From the human T2T-CHM13v2.0 reference genome, Homo sapiens, in NCBI RefSeq assembly GCF_009914755.1, contig NC_060925.1: a stretch of 64,000 bases of DNA; one strand, 5' to 3'. Made by a program: the position numbers and the translations under genes. Below are positions 41,580-53,640 of the stretch, one piece after another; the first letter of the stretch is position 1; every line of letters begins with the position of its first letter. The notes under the pieces were generated by a model. That model was not told where the DNA came from, made no database searches, and worked only from the letters and a program-made list of their open reading frames with translations.

Positions 41580-44500
41580 TGGTACTCTTTCAGACCACAG
41601 TGGAATAAAATTGGAAACTAACTCCAAAACAACCCTCAAAACCATGCAAATATGTGAAAATTAAATAACCTGCTCCTGAATGATCATTGGGTCAACAATG
41701 AAATCAAGATGGAAATTTAAAAAATTCTTTGAACTGAACAATAATAGTGACAAAAACTATCAAAATTTCTGGGATACTGCAAAAGCAGTGCTAAGAGGAA
41801 AGTTCATAGCATTAAATGCCTACATCAAAAAGTCTGAAAGAGCAAAAGTAGACAATCTAAGGTCACACCTCAAGGACCTAGAGATACAAGAACAAATCAA
41901 ACTCAAAACCCAGCAGAAGAAAAGAAATAACAAAGATCAGAGCAGAACTAAATGAAATTGAAACAAAAAATAAAAAAGATAAATGAAACAAAAAACTGGT
42001 TCTTAGAAAAGATAAATAAAATTGATAGACTGTTAGTGAGATTAACCAAGAAAGGAAGAGAGAAGATCCAAATAAGTTCAATTAGAAATGAAACAGGAGA
42101 TATTACAACTGATACCACAGAAATAACAAAAGGTCGTTCAATGTTACTATGAACACCTTTATGCACAAAAACCTAGAAAACATAGAGGAGATGGATAAAT
42201 TTCTGGAAAGATACAACTCTCCTAAATTAAACCAGGAAGAAATAGCAACTCTGAACAGACGAGTAACAACAAAGAATTGTTACCAATCCTACTGACACTA
42301 TTTCAAGAGAGAGAAATAGGGAATCCTCTGTAAATCATTCCATGAAGCTGGTATCACCCTAATACCAAAGCCAAGAAAGGACATAATATAAAAAGAAAAC
42401 TACAGACCAATGTTCCTGATGAACATAGCTGCAAAAATTCTCAACAAAATACTAGCTAAGTGAATCCAACAGCATATAAAAAATATAATCCACCATGGTC
42501 AAGTGGGTATCATATCAGGGGTGCAGGGATCATCTGCAAGAAAGCAAATGTGATACACCATATAAAGATAATTAAAAACAAAAATAACACGATCATCTCA
42601 ATAGATGCAGAAAAAGCATTTGACAAAATCCAGTATCCCTTTATGATTAAAACCCTCAGCAGAATCCACATAGAAGGGACATACCTTAAGATAATAAAAG
42701 TCACCTATGACAAATTCACAGCCAACATTATACCAAATGGGGAAAAGTTGAAAGCATTCTCCCTGAGAATTGAAACAAAACAAGGATGTCCACTCTCACC
42801 AATTCTATTCAACATAGTATTGGAAGTCCTAGCCAGAGCAATCAGACAAGAGAAAGAAATAAAGGGCATCTACACTGGTAACAAGGAAATCAAACTGTTG
42901 TTTGCTGATGACATGATTGTTTACCTAGAAAACCCTGAAGACACATCCAAAAAGCTCCTCGAACTGGTAAATGAATTCAGCAAAGTTTCAGATTACAGAA
43001 TTAATGTACACAAGTCAGTAGCTCTGCTATACATCAACAGCAACCAAGCTGAGAATCAAATCGAGAACTCAACCCTTTTTACAATAGCTGCAAAAAAAAA
43101 AAAAAAGATAGGAATATACTTAACTAAGAGGTGAAAGCCCTCTAAAAGGAAGACTACAAAACACTGCTGAAAGAAATCATAGATGACACCAACAAATGGA
43201 AACATCCCATACTCATTAATGGGTAGAATTAATATTGTGAAAATGAACGTACTGCCAAGAGCAATGTGCAAATTCAATGCAATTCCCATCAAAATACCAC
43301 CATTATTATTCATGTAATAATGTAAAATGTAATATGTAAAAACATCCTAAAATTCATATGGAACCAAAAAAGAGTGCACATAGCCAAAGCAAGCTTCAGC
43401 GAAACAACTCTGGAGACATCGCATTACATGACTTCATACCGCAAGGCCATAGTCACTAAAACAGCACAGTACTGGTATAAAAATAGGCATATAGACCAAA
43501 GGAACAGAATATAGAACCCGGAAATAAAATCAAATACTTACAGTCAACTTGATCTTCAACAATGCAAAGAAAAACATAAAGTGGGGAAAGGACACTCTAT
43601 TCAACAAATGGTGCTGGGATAATTGGCTAGCCACATGTAGAAGAATGAAACTGGATCCTCATCTCTCACCCTATATGAAAATCAACTCAGGATGGATCAA
43701 AGACTTAAATATAACACCTGAAACCATAAAAATTCTAGACCATAACATTGGAAAAACCCTTCTGGACACCGGCTTAGGCTAAGACTTCATGATAACCCAA
43801 AAACAAATACAACAAAAACAAAGATAAATAGATGGGACTTAATTAAACAAAAGCTTCTGCACAGCAAAAGAAACAATCAGCAGAGTAAGCAGACAACCCA
43901 TAGAGTGGGAGACAATCTTTGCAATCTATTCATCTGACAAAGGACTAATATCCAGAATCTACAAGGAACTCAAGCAAATTAGCAAGGACAAAACAAAAAA
44001 TCCCATCAAAAAGTGGGCTATGGACATGAATAGACAATTTGCAAAAGAAGATATACAAATGGCCAACAAACATGAAAAAATGCTCCACATTACTAATTAT
44101 AAGGGAAATGCAAATCAAAACCCCAATGCAATACCACCTCACTCCTGCAAGAATGACCATAATCAAAAAATCAAAAAATAATAGATATTGGCATGGATGT
44201 GGTGACAAACTGTGGATGGGAATGTAAACTAGTATCACCACTATGGAAAACAATGTGGAGATGGCTTAAAGAAATAAAAGTAGATCTATCATCTGATCCA
44301 GCAATCCCACTCCTGGCTATCTACCCAGAGGAAAAGAAGTCATTATGTGGAAAAGATACTTGCACATACATGTTTATAGCAGCACATTTTGCAATTGCAA
44401 AAATATGAAACCAGCCCAAATACCCATCAATCAATAAGTAAAGAAAATGTGATATATACATTAATATATATACCATGTATATGGTTTGGCTGTATTCCCA

Positions 44501-45244
44501 CCCAAATCTCATCTTGAATTGTATTAAAAATTCCCATAATACCCATGTGCCATGGGAGAGACCTGATGGGAGGTAATTTAATCATGGGGGAGGTTACCCT
44601 CATGGTGTTCTTGTGATAGTGAGTTCTCAAGAGATCTAATGATTTTATAAGGGACTTTTCCCACTTTTGCTAGGCACTTCTCCTTCCTGCCACCATGTGA
44701 AGAGGGACGTTTTCTTCCCCTTCCACAATGATTGTAGGTTTCCTGAGGCCTCTGCAGACATGCTGAACTGTGAGTCAAACCTCTTTCCTTTATAAATTAC
44801 CCAACTTCACATATGTCTTTATTAGCATTGTGAGAATGGACTAATACACCATGGAATACTACTCAGCCATAAAAAGGTACAAAATAATGGCATTCACAGC
44901 AACCTGGATGGAATTGGAGACCATCGTTTTAACTGAAGTAACTCAGGAATGGAAAACCAAACATTGTACGTTCTCACTCATAAGTGGAAGCTAAGGTATG
45001 CCGACGCAAAAGCATAAGAATGATACAGTGAACTTTGAGGACTTAGGGGGAATGATAGGAGGGTGCTGAGGAATAGAAGACTACATATTGGGTACAACGT
45101 ATACTGCTCAGGTGATGAGTGCACCAAAATCTCAGAAATCAACACTAAAGAACTTATTTCTGTAACCAAACACCACCTGTTCCCCAAAAATCTATTAAAA
45201 TAATAATGAGATAAAATAGAATATCTCAAAAAAGAAGAAAAAAG
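41580..45244 (+). mobile_element. L1PB (PB1-like), 5'-truncated ~3.3 kb, interrupted by THE1
   Basis: ORF2 remnants including the RT core ([31 protein letters not shown]; ORF 42460-43134), L1PB-type 3'UTR, 17-bp TSD agaaatattaagagaaa at 41563-41579 and 45245-45261. Confidence 0.95.
44478..44848 (+). mobile_element. THE1D-like solo LTR nested in L1PB
   Basis: atatggtttggctgtattcccacccaaatctcatcttgaattg...gagaatggactaataca; 5-bp TSD ccatg at 44473-44477 and 44849-44853. Confidence 0.93.
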
Positions 45245-45638
45245 AGAAATATTAAGAGAAACGAACAAGGTTTAATTATGTATGCAGCATACTATGTAGT
45301 ACAAAAAAATTGTTGACAATTTACCATATTCAAAGTTTTTTGGTAGATTTTATGGTAGGTACAAAGACATACAAGTCTTGATCCCAGCTTTCAGAGAACT
45401 TTCATAAGGACTAGAGTACAAATTTATGTTACATCTAAGAGCAATATTACTTTTAAATAAAACTGGAAGTAAGATATTGATGCCATTAACCAATCCAATT
45501 TAAGGGATACATTGGATTTCGAATATCATTTATCACTGTGTAACTTGTATATATGCCAAATAATTTTCTCATCTATCATTTTTTGGTACATTTTTTGCAA
45601 TTTTTGTGTTATTTCTATCCTCTCAAAAATGGTGAGAG

Positions 45639-46028
45639 AATTTATGAACTGAAAAAGAGATTTAAAGAATGTATCCATTATTCAGCACAGAGAGATTATA
45701 GAATGAAAATATTAAAGAAATATTAAGTGAAATGGTATTCTTTCAGACCACAGTGGAATAAAATTAGAAACAAACCTGAAAAAGAACCCTAAAATCATGC
45801 AAATACATGGAAATTAAATAACCTCCTCCTGAATGATCATTGGGTCAGCAATGAAATCAAGATGAAAATTAAAGGCTGGGCATGGTGGCTCATGCCTGTA
45901 ATCCCAGCACTTTGGGAGGCTGAGGCGGGTGGATCACAAGTTCAGGAGATCAAGACCATCCTGGCTAACATGGTGAAACCTCATCTCTACTAAAAAAAAA
46001 TACAAAAAAAAAAGAAAATTAAAAAATT
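45639..46028 (+). repeat. Local copy of 41486-41726 (flank plus L1PB 5' junction) carrying an Alu left arm
   Basis: The first 95 bp of non-L1PB flank match with 3 substitutions, then the copy crosses the same flank/L1 junction. Confidence 0.95.
45874..46013 (+). mobile_element. Alu left arm only (Sc/Y-type)
   Basis: ggctgggcatgg...ggagatcaagaccatcctggctaac...actaaaaaaaaatacaaaaaaaaaa; TSD gaaaattaaa at 45864-45873 and 46014-46023. Confidence 0.92.
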
Positions 46029-46041
46029 TCCATATTGGAAT

Positions 46042-47297
46042 TTGGAAAGCATATGCAGAAAATTGAAACTGGACCACCTCTTTACACTTTATACAAAAAT
46101 TAACTCAAAATGGGTTAAAGACTTAAAGGTAAAACCCAAAACTATAAAAACCCTAGAAGAAAATCTACAGAATACCATTCAGGACACAGACATGGGCAAA
46201 GATTTCATGACAAAATGTCAAAAGCAATTGCAACAAAAACAAAAATTAACAAATGGTTTCTAATTAAAGTACATAGCTTGTGCACAGCAAAAGAAACTGT
46301 CATCAGAGTGAATACACAACTTAACTAAATAGCTTGTGTATAGCAAAAGAAACTATCATCAGAGAATAGACAATTTACAGGCTGGGAGAAAATTTTTGCA
46401 ATCTATCCATCTGATTAAGGTCTAATATCCAGAGTCTACAAGGAACTTAAACAAATTGACAAGAAAAAACAAACCCATTAAAAAGTAGGCAAAATACATG
46501 AACAGACACTTCTCAAAAGAAGACATTTATGTGGCCAACAAATACATGGAAAAAAGCTTAACATCACTGATATTAGAGAAGTGCAAATCAAAACCACACT
46601 GAGATACCATCTCACACTAGTCAGAATGGCTATTTTTAAAAAGCCAAGCAACAACAGATGCTGGCAAGGCTATGGAAAAATTGGAATGCTTTGACACTGT
46701 TGGTGGGAATGTAAATTAGTTCAACCATTATGAAAGACAGTGTGGTGATTTCTCAAAGACCTAGAACCAAAAATACCATTACTGGGTACATACCCAGAGG
46801 AATATTAATCATTGTATCATAAAGATAAATGCATACGTATGTTAATTGCAGCACTATTCATAATAGCAAATACATAAAATCAACCCAAATGCTCATCAAT
46901 GATAGACTGGATAAGGAAAATGTGGTACATATACACCATGAAATACTATGCAGCCATAAAAATGAGAAAAATCATGTCCTTTGCAGGGACATGGATGAAG
47001 CTGGAAGCCATTATCCTCAGCAAACTAGTGTAGGAACAGAAAACCAAACACTGCATGTTCTCACTTATAAATGAGAGTTGGACAATGAGAACACAGGGAC
47101 ACAGGGAGGGGAACAATGCACAACTAGGGTCTGTTGTGGGGGCTGGGGAGAGAGAACATCAGAAAAATAGCTAATGCATGTTGGGCTTACCACCTAGTTG
47201 ATTGGTTGGGAGGTGTGGCAAACCACCATGGCACACGTTTACATATGTAACAAAGTTGAACATCCTGCACATGTATTCCAGAACTTAAAGTAAAATT
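46042..47297 (+). mobile_element. L1PA (about PA11-13) 3' fragment
   Basis: ORF2 end plus 3'UTR (aaaatagctaatgcatgttgggctta...catcctgcacatgtattccagaacttaaagtaaaatt). Confidence 0.93.
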
Positions 47298-48399
47298 AAA
47301 ATGGTGTGCAAGGACAAAGGGAAGATGTAAACTCAAATAGCCATTATAATGCATAATTGCATTAACCACTGAATTTATTGACCAAATCAAATACTTTGAA
47401 TTATACATATATCTATGATATCCATGCTATTTTTTCCTATTTTCATGTGTAAAAAAGACCATTATTAAACCTTTTGTACTTCTTATCACTTTTGATATAT
47501 TCTCAGGGCTATTGATATAGTTAAAAATAAAAATAAATATAGTACATTTAACTAGTTCAAGATTAATATGCTTTATACAATTTTCTTTTCACGGTAATTT
47601 GTCTGGCATGTGGATGGAATTGTCATAGAAGATGATAAAGTATACACTGAGTGTACATTCAGCAAGTTAAATAGAATTTTAGTTGATTATGTATTATATC
47701 ATTCACAATCTCTCTGCATGATGTTTTTGCTGCATATTGCATTCATACCAGGTATCTAAATTTATCCTTCATTTAATTAAAAGTAATCATAACATACTTG
47801 CAGAATAACACAGAGCAGACTAGCTGTGCTTGATGCTGCTTTCCACCTTACAGTGTATCCCATAGGGCACTCTTGCACAACAATGCACATTCCCTGATCA
47901 TTCTTCTTCTGAGAATCTAGAATGAATTAGTTTGCCTCCACTCCCATAGCTTCTTTTGAACAACACTTGCATACCTTTCAAAAAGAATTGCAATTTCTCT
48001 TATTTCTCTCTGCTACTAACTTGTGAGTTGTTCAATGACAGGAGTTATTTATCTTTGAACTCTTCATAGCTTAGTAAACTGGTAGATAGAACAACATATC
48101 CTAATATTTAAATCAGCTTTATTTACAAAACATTATCCTAAGAATTATAATTCAATAAAGCTTTAACTTGGGTAAAAGTATAAATACTAAATGTAAGCCA
48201 TTTTCTTAGTAAAATAAGAGATAATTCAAAGTTACTTTTGAAGAGGGGTAAACATGTCTCAAATTTCTTGCTGTGATAGTGAATGTTTAATAGCAGATTT
48301 GTTTGAAGGTTGAAGCAATCTTGAAGCTCATATAATATTGTTTTCAGGATAAGGAAGTGATGGGGAACATTGTTCTTGTATTCTAACATGGTTGTATTA

Positions 48400-49860
48400 C
48401 TATAAAATATCCTTCTTAATCTGTGGCAACTCTTCTTGTATGTAAGTTTAATTTACGCAGTATTGATATAACTGTACTTTGTTATGATTAGTTCTTGCAT
48501 ACTTTATCTTTTCCAGCCTTTTCATCTATATCCTTACATTTCTGTATGGCTCTTATAATCCCTACACTTTAATTGCAGTGTTTAGTCTGTTTACATTTAA
48601 TATGATTAGTAGTATACTTAGATTTAAGTCTACCCTCTTTCAGTTTGTTCTCTACTTGGTTATTTATTTTCTTTGTGCCTCCTTTTCTCACTTCCTTTGA
48701 ACTAATTGGATATGTTTGTATTCTACTTTATTCTTCCACTATCTCTTTTACTGTTTATCCTTGTATTACGTTCTTAGTGGTTATTAAAGAAATTAAAATT
48801 TATCATGGCCCACTTTGAATTAGTATTGAATTATTCTGCTTCACAACATAAAAACTGTGTAGCATCACTATTCTTGTTCTTTGTGCTATTGTTGGCATAT
48901 AATTCAGTCCTACATTTGCTGTACATACCACATATAATATATGTTTAACAAGCCAATCTTGTTCTGAATTCAAATTTTAAATAATAATTTATATTGATCC
49001 ATTTATTATCCATTTCTGGTTTATTTTATTCCTTTTTCCATCTGCGCTCTTTTCTCGGATTTTTTTATGACAGAAGAACGTTCTTTAGGAGCTCTAATAG
49101 TATAGCTATCTGGTGGCAAATTATTTCGGTTTTTATTTGTCTGAAAGTTTCTTGAATTGCTCTCATATTTGAAAGATATTTTCATTGAGTATGGAATTCA
49201 AGATGAACATTTTTTTTTTCACAGCATTTTAAAATTTTAATTCTCTTTTAGCTTTTATTCTTGCCATCTTGAACATGATATGCTTTCTTCCTGGCTACTC
49301 TTAAATTTCTTTATTTTTGTATTTCAGATGTAGTGTTTCCATGAGTCTATTTTTGTTGGTTGGTTGTTTTATCCTATGTGGGGGAAGGGGTCACTGAGCT
49401 TCTTGAATATATGGGTTGATTACTTTCTTTAATTTTGGAAAACTGGAAAAACCATAGCCATGATCTTAATATTTTTTTTCTTCCCTATGCTCTGTTTTTT
49501 CTCTGAATCTGGGGCTCCAATGTAAACATATGTTGAATACAGAAACACATACACAAACACAAATACTTGGCTCTTTTCTGGTTTTTATTCTGTACTTCCA
49601 GTTAAATAATTTCTCTTAGCTTCTCTTTGGGTGTATTCACCCTGCTAATTCCATTGTCTGGGTCTGGGTTGTTGTTGGATCTACTTCTGTTAACAGTTTT
49701 TGCTCTTGATTATGGGTAACGTTTTCCTGTCCTTTCATATGTCTCATAAATTTTTATTGTTTGCTATTGATTGTCCATGAAAGAACAATAGTGAATGAAG
49801 TAGATAATATTCAGAAATATCTTGTGCTTTTATCTGGTAGCTGGAGTGAAAACGTATCTT
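48400..49860 (-). mobile_element. Ancient L1M (ME/MC-type) fragments, boundaries approximate
   Basis: T-rich antisense motifs (gtttagtctgtttacatttaatatgatt, tatttgtctgaaag...tttgaaagatattttcattgagtatggaattc, cactgagcttcttgaatatatgggttga). Confidence 0.7.
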
Positions 49861-50300
49861 TCTGATCTAATGGTGAGTTGAGCTAAATCTGGTTTGAGTT
49901 AATGATTTTCAGTTCACCTTTGGTTTTAAACGTCTCAGAGGTAGCATTAGGCTGCCTCCACTTGCACCCTAAGACTATAAGATTTCCTTCTGTCCAATTC
50001 TTCTCTTGGTATCCTTCAATATCACTTATTCCATAAATGTCTTGTGGAGTAAAATTAGTGAAAATAGACGACAAACTCTGAAATTTCTTCAGATTGTTAG
50101 TCGTCATACCAGAAAATGTATAGCTATTAAAATTCTACTTCCTCCCTTTACAAGCAAAAGTTTTCTGTTTAAAGATGGCTAACTCCTTCTGGATGCACAG
50201 TCAGATTTAGCAATACCCCATGCTTAAAAGTAGCCTCCGTTGCTCTAAAAGATATCATCTTTTACTGTAGTTCTTTGCATCCACAGTTCTTCAGTGGCTT

Positions 50301-50990
50301 GATGCTGGCAAGGCACTGGAAAAAAGGGAATGCTTATACACCGATGGTAGGAATGTAAATTAGTTCAGCCCCTGTGAAAATGAGTTTGGAGATTTCTCAG
50401 AAAACTTAAAACTAAACTACCATTTAACCCAGCATTCTCATTACTGGGTATATATCCAAAAGACAATACATTATTTTACCAAAAAGACTCATGGGCTTAT
50501 GTGTTCATCGTAGTACTATTCACAACAGCAAAGACATGGAATAGACCTAGATGCCCATCAATGATAAACTGGAAAAAGAAAATGTGGTATATGTATGCCA
50601 TGGAATACTACACAGCCATGAAAAATAACTAAATCATATTCTTTGCAGCAACATGGATGCAGCTGAAGACCATAGTCCTAAGTGAATCAACACAGGAGCA
50701 GGAGACTAAATACTCTGTGTTCTCACTAATAAGCCAGAGCTGAACATTGAGCACACATGGGCATAAAGATGAGAATGATAGACACTGGGGACTACTAGAT
50801 GGGGAAGGGAGGGAGGAGGAGGTAAGCTGAAAAACTTCCTATTTGGTACTATGCTCCCTGTCTGGGTGATGGGAGTGATCATACCCCAAACCTCAGTGTT
50901 ACCCAATATGCCCATATAACAAACATGCACATATACCCCTGAATCTAAACTAAAAGTTGAATCTATGTTTATAAACTTAAAAAATAAAGC
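50301..50990 (+). mobile_element. L1PA16-like 3' fragment
   Basis: gatgctggcaagg...gacactggggactactagatgggg...cccctgaatctaaactaaaagttgaa. Confidence 0.9.
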
Positions 50991-51107
50991 TTACAACTTA
51001 AAACATACGTAATTCTTTATCTAGCATTATTTCTGAATTTAATTCAGAAGTGATAATCTTTTGTTCATGTCTATATCCAAACTAAATGCTGAACTCTTAA
51101 TGTCACA

Positions 51108-51553
51108 CAGATGCTCCCTGACTTACAATGGGGCTACATTCTTGAACATTATGTATCCTTTTCTTAGCTACTTTTAAGTTTCTTTATTTTTGATTTTCAG
51201 ACTGTGATATGCCAATAAGGTCTGTTGCTGTTGGTTGTTGAACCCATAGTAAGTTGAAAATGCATTTTATACAGTCCTACTGAACATCATAGCTTAGCCT
51301 AACTTACCTTAAATGTACTCAAAACATTTGCATTAACCAAAAATTGGGCAAGTTCATCCAACACAAAGCATATTTTATAGTAAAGTGTTGAAAATCTCAT
51401 GCAATTTACTGAATACTATACTGAATGTGAAAAACACATTCAGTATGTGTGTATGGTTGTATGAGTACTCTTCTACTGAATGTGTATCACTTTCAACACC
51501 ATTGTAAAGTTGAAAAATTTTAAGTTGAACTGTTGCAAGTAAGGGACCATCTG
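51108..51553 (+). mobile_element. MER47A-like Tigger-derived MITE with a foreign ~100-bp insert
   Basis: TIRs cagatgctccctgacttac / gcaagtaagggaccatctg and core gaacatcatagcttagcctaacttaccttaaa. Confidence 0.88.
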
Positions 51554-51769
51554 TGTTTTTAAAATGACCTAAGTTAGTAAAACTCTGACAATTAAATTAA
51601 TTAATTTACTAAACTTCTACAAAACATTTTATGTACTTTTTCAACTTTATTTTAGGTTCAAGGAATACATGTGCAGGTTTGTTACATGGGTAAATTGTAT
51701 GTCGCTGAGGTTTTATGCATGATAATCTTGTCAACCAAGTAATGAGGATAGTATCCAGCAGGAGGTAGT

Positions 51770-51968
51770 CTTCCTTCCTTCCTTCCTTCCTTCTTTCCTT
51801 CCTTCCTTCCCTCCCTCCTTCCTTCCTTCCCTCCCTCCTTCCTTCCTTCCTTCCCTCCTTCCTTCCTTCCTTCCCTCCTTCCTTCCTTCCCTCCTTCCCT
51901 CCCTCCTTCCTTCCTTCCTTCCTTCCTTCCTTCCTTCCTTCCTTCCTTCCTTCCTTCCTTCTTTCTCT
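51770..51968. repeat. (TTCC)n/(GGAA)n microsatellite in the Alu tail
   Basis: About 200 bp of pure pyrimidine; longest uninterrupted run about 14 units (51905-51961). Confidence 0.97.
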
Positions 51969-52255
51969 TTTTTTTTTTTTTTCGGAGTCTCGCTGTGTCC
52001 CCCAGGCTGGAGTGCAGTGGCTCCATCTCTGCTCACTGCAAGCTCTGCCTCCTGGGTTTACGCCATTCTCCTGCCTCAGCCTCCTGAGTAGCTGGGACTA
52101 CAGGCACCTGCCACCACGCCCGGCTAATTGTATTTTTAGTAGAGATGGGATTTCACCGTGTTAGCCAGGATGGTCTCGATCTCCTGACCTCGTGATCCGC
52201 CTGCCTCGGCCTCCCAAAGTGCTGGGATTACAGGCGTGAGCCACTGTGCCCGGCC
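51969..52255 (-). mobile_element. AluY
   Basis: caccgtgttagccaggatggtctcgatctcctgacctcgtgatccg; TSD tccagcag(gag)gtagt at 51754-51769 and 52256-52268. Confidence 0.95.
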
Positions 52256-53390
52256 TCCAGCAGGTAGTTTTTCCACACTCCCCTCCCGTTTTCTCCAGTA
52301 GTCCCCTATGTTTATTGTTGCTATCTTTATGTCCATGTTTAACCAAATGTTTGGCTCCCCCTTATAAAAGAATATGCAGTATTTGGTTTTCTGTTCCTGC
52401 ATTAATTTGCCTAGGATTATGCTCTCCAGCTGCATCTATGTTGCTGCAAAAAGCATGATTTCTTTCCTTTTTATAGCTGCATGGTATTCCGTGGCATGTA
52501 TTTACCATAGTTGCTTTATCCAGTCCACTGGGCATCTAGGTTGATTCCATGTCTTTGCTATTGTGAAAAGTGCTGCAATGAACATACAAACATATGCATC
52601 TTTTTTCTAGAACAATTTATTTTGCTTTGAGTATACACTCAATAGTAGGGTTGCTGGATAGAATGGTTGTTCTGTTAATGATCACTGACTTTGTATCAGT
52701 CACTCTTCTAGGTTCAGGAAATATATAAATTAACAAAATACTCTTGTCAATACCCTCTAATACCTACAATCCATACATTCTAGTGGACCAAAATATTGAT
52801 TTTTGAAATAGCCACTCAGATATAGCATGTTTAAAGTATTTGACCTGGAGACAGAAATACATTTCCATAAGTTTCACAATGGATCTGCCATATTCAGTTG
52901 TAATTATTTTAAAAATGTTGATCGAACCAGAAATTATATGATTCTTAAATGAACTATTTCAGTGATCAAAATTCCTAAGCCATACATTCTCTTATTTAAG
53001 TAATATTTGTTACCTAGAAATTCAATATATGAAGAGATAAAGGCTGAGATGCCCTGGTTATAGTAGATCTGGGGTATCTGAAACCTTACTTGCCTAGCTT
53101 CCCGTTTATGCTAATTCTTCCTTCTTGAAGGCCGCCTCTGAAGAAACTCCAAGGATGCCCTCTGCTCTCTAGAGATCTGAAAAGCACAAACTGAAAACCA
53201 TTTAACTAGATCATGCAGGCAAAGGATTTTTCTGTTTCCTTTTTTTATTACCATTTTCTTCAAATTTCTGAGACAAATTAAATGCTTAGATGAAGTTAAT
53301 GGTTCGTTTGAAATTAACTGCTGTTATATATATCGGGTATACAGAATTATTTAATAGTTCTTTGGGGTTTTCCTCAAGCTCCACTTCGTT

Positions 53391-53640
53391 GAATTATAGA
53401 ATCTCAGGAGTTAGAAATAGCCTTAGAGATAATTTAGCATAACCTCCCACTCAATGAAAGGCGTCTTTCTACAACATCCCTGACAGATGGTCATTTAGCT
53501 TCTGCTTGAGCATTTCTACTCACTGGAGTTCATTACTTTCTGAAACTGTTTCCTGTTGAACAGCTTTAATGGTTAGAAATTTCTTTGTTATACTGATCCC
53601 AGGCATGCATCACGGTGATTTCTAATAATTGACAAAATTA
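53391..53640 (-). mobile_element. L3/CR1 3' end
   Basis: atagaatctcaggagttagaa...ctacaacatccctgacagatggtcatttagcttctgcttgagca...aacagctttaatggttagaaatttctt. Confidence 0.85.

Larger units (their letters stand above)
51637..52675 (-). mobile_element. L1PA15/16-like 3' fragment interrupted by an AluY
   Basis: ttcaacttttattttaggttcaagg...gttacatgggtaaattg...ccagtagtcccctatg...ttgctgcaaaaagcatgatt. Confidence 0.9.

Noticed and set aside
42460-43134. 224-aa ORF with reverse transcriptase motifs
   Set aside because: Frameshifted fragment of a 5'-truncated L1PB ORF2, not an intact or novel RT system.
43312-43340. (atgtaa) stutter within L1PB resembling the filler at 15300
   Set aside because: Too short and AT-rich to link the two sites; ordinary slippage is sufficient.
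51682-52036. Charged repetitive ORFs (RKEG repeats)
   Set aside because: Translation of the GGAA microsatellite and the Alu.
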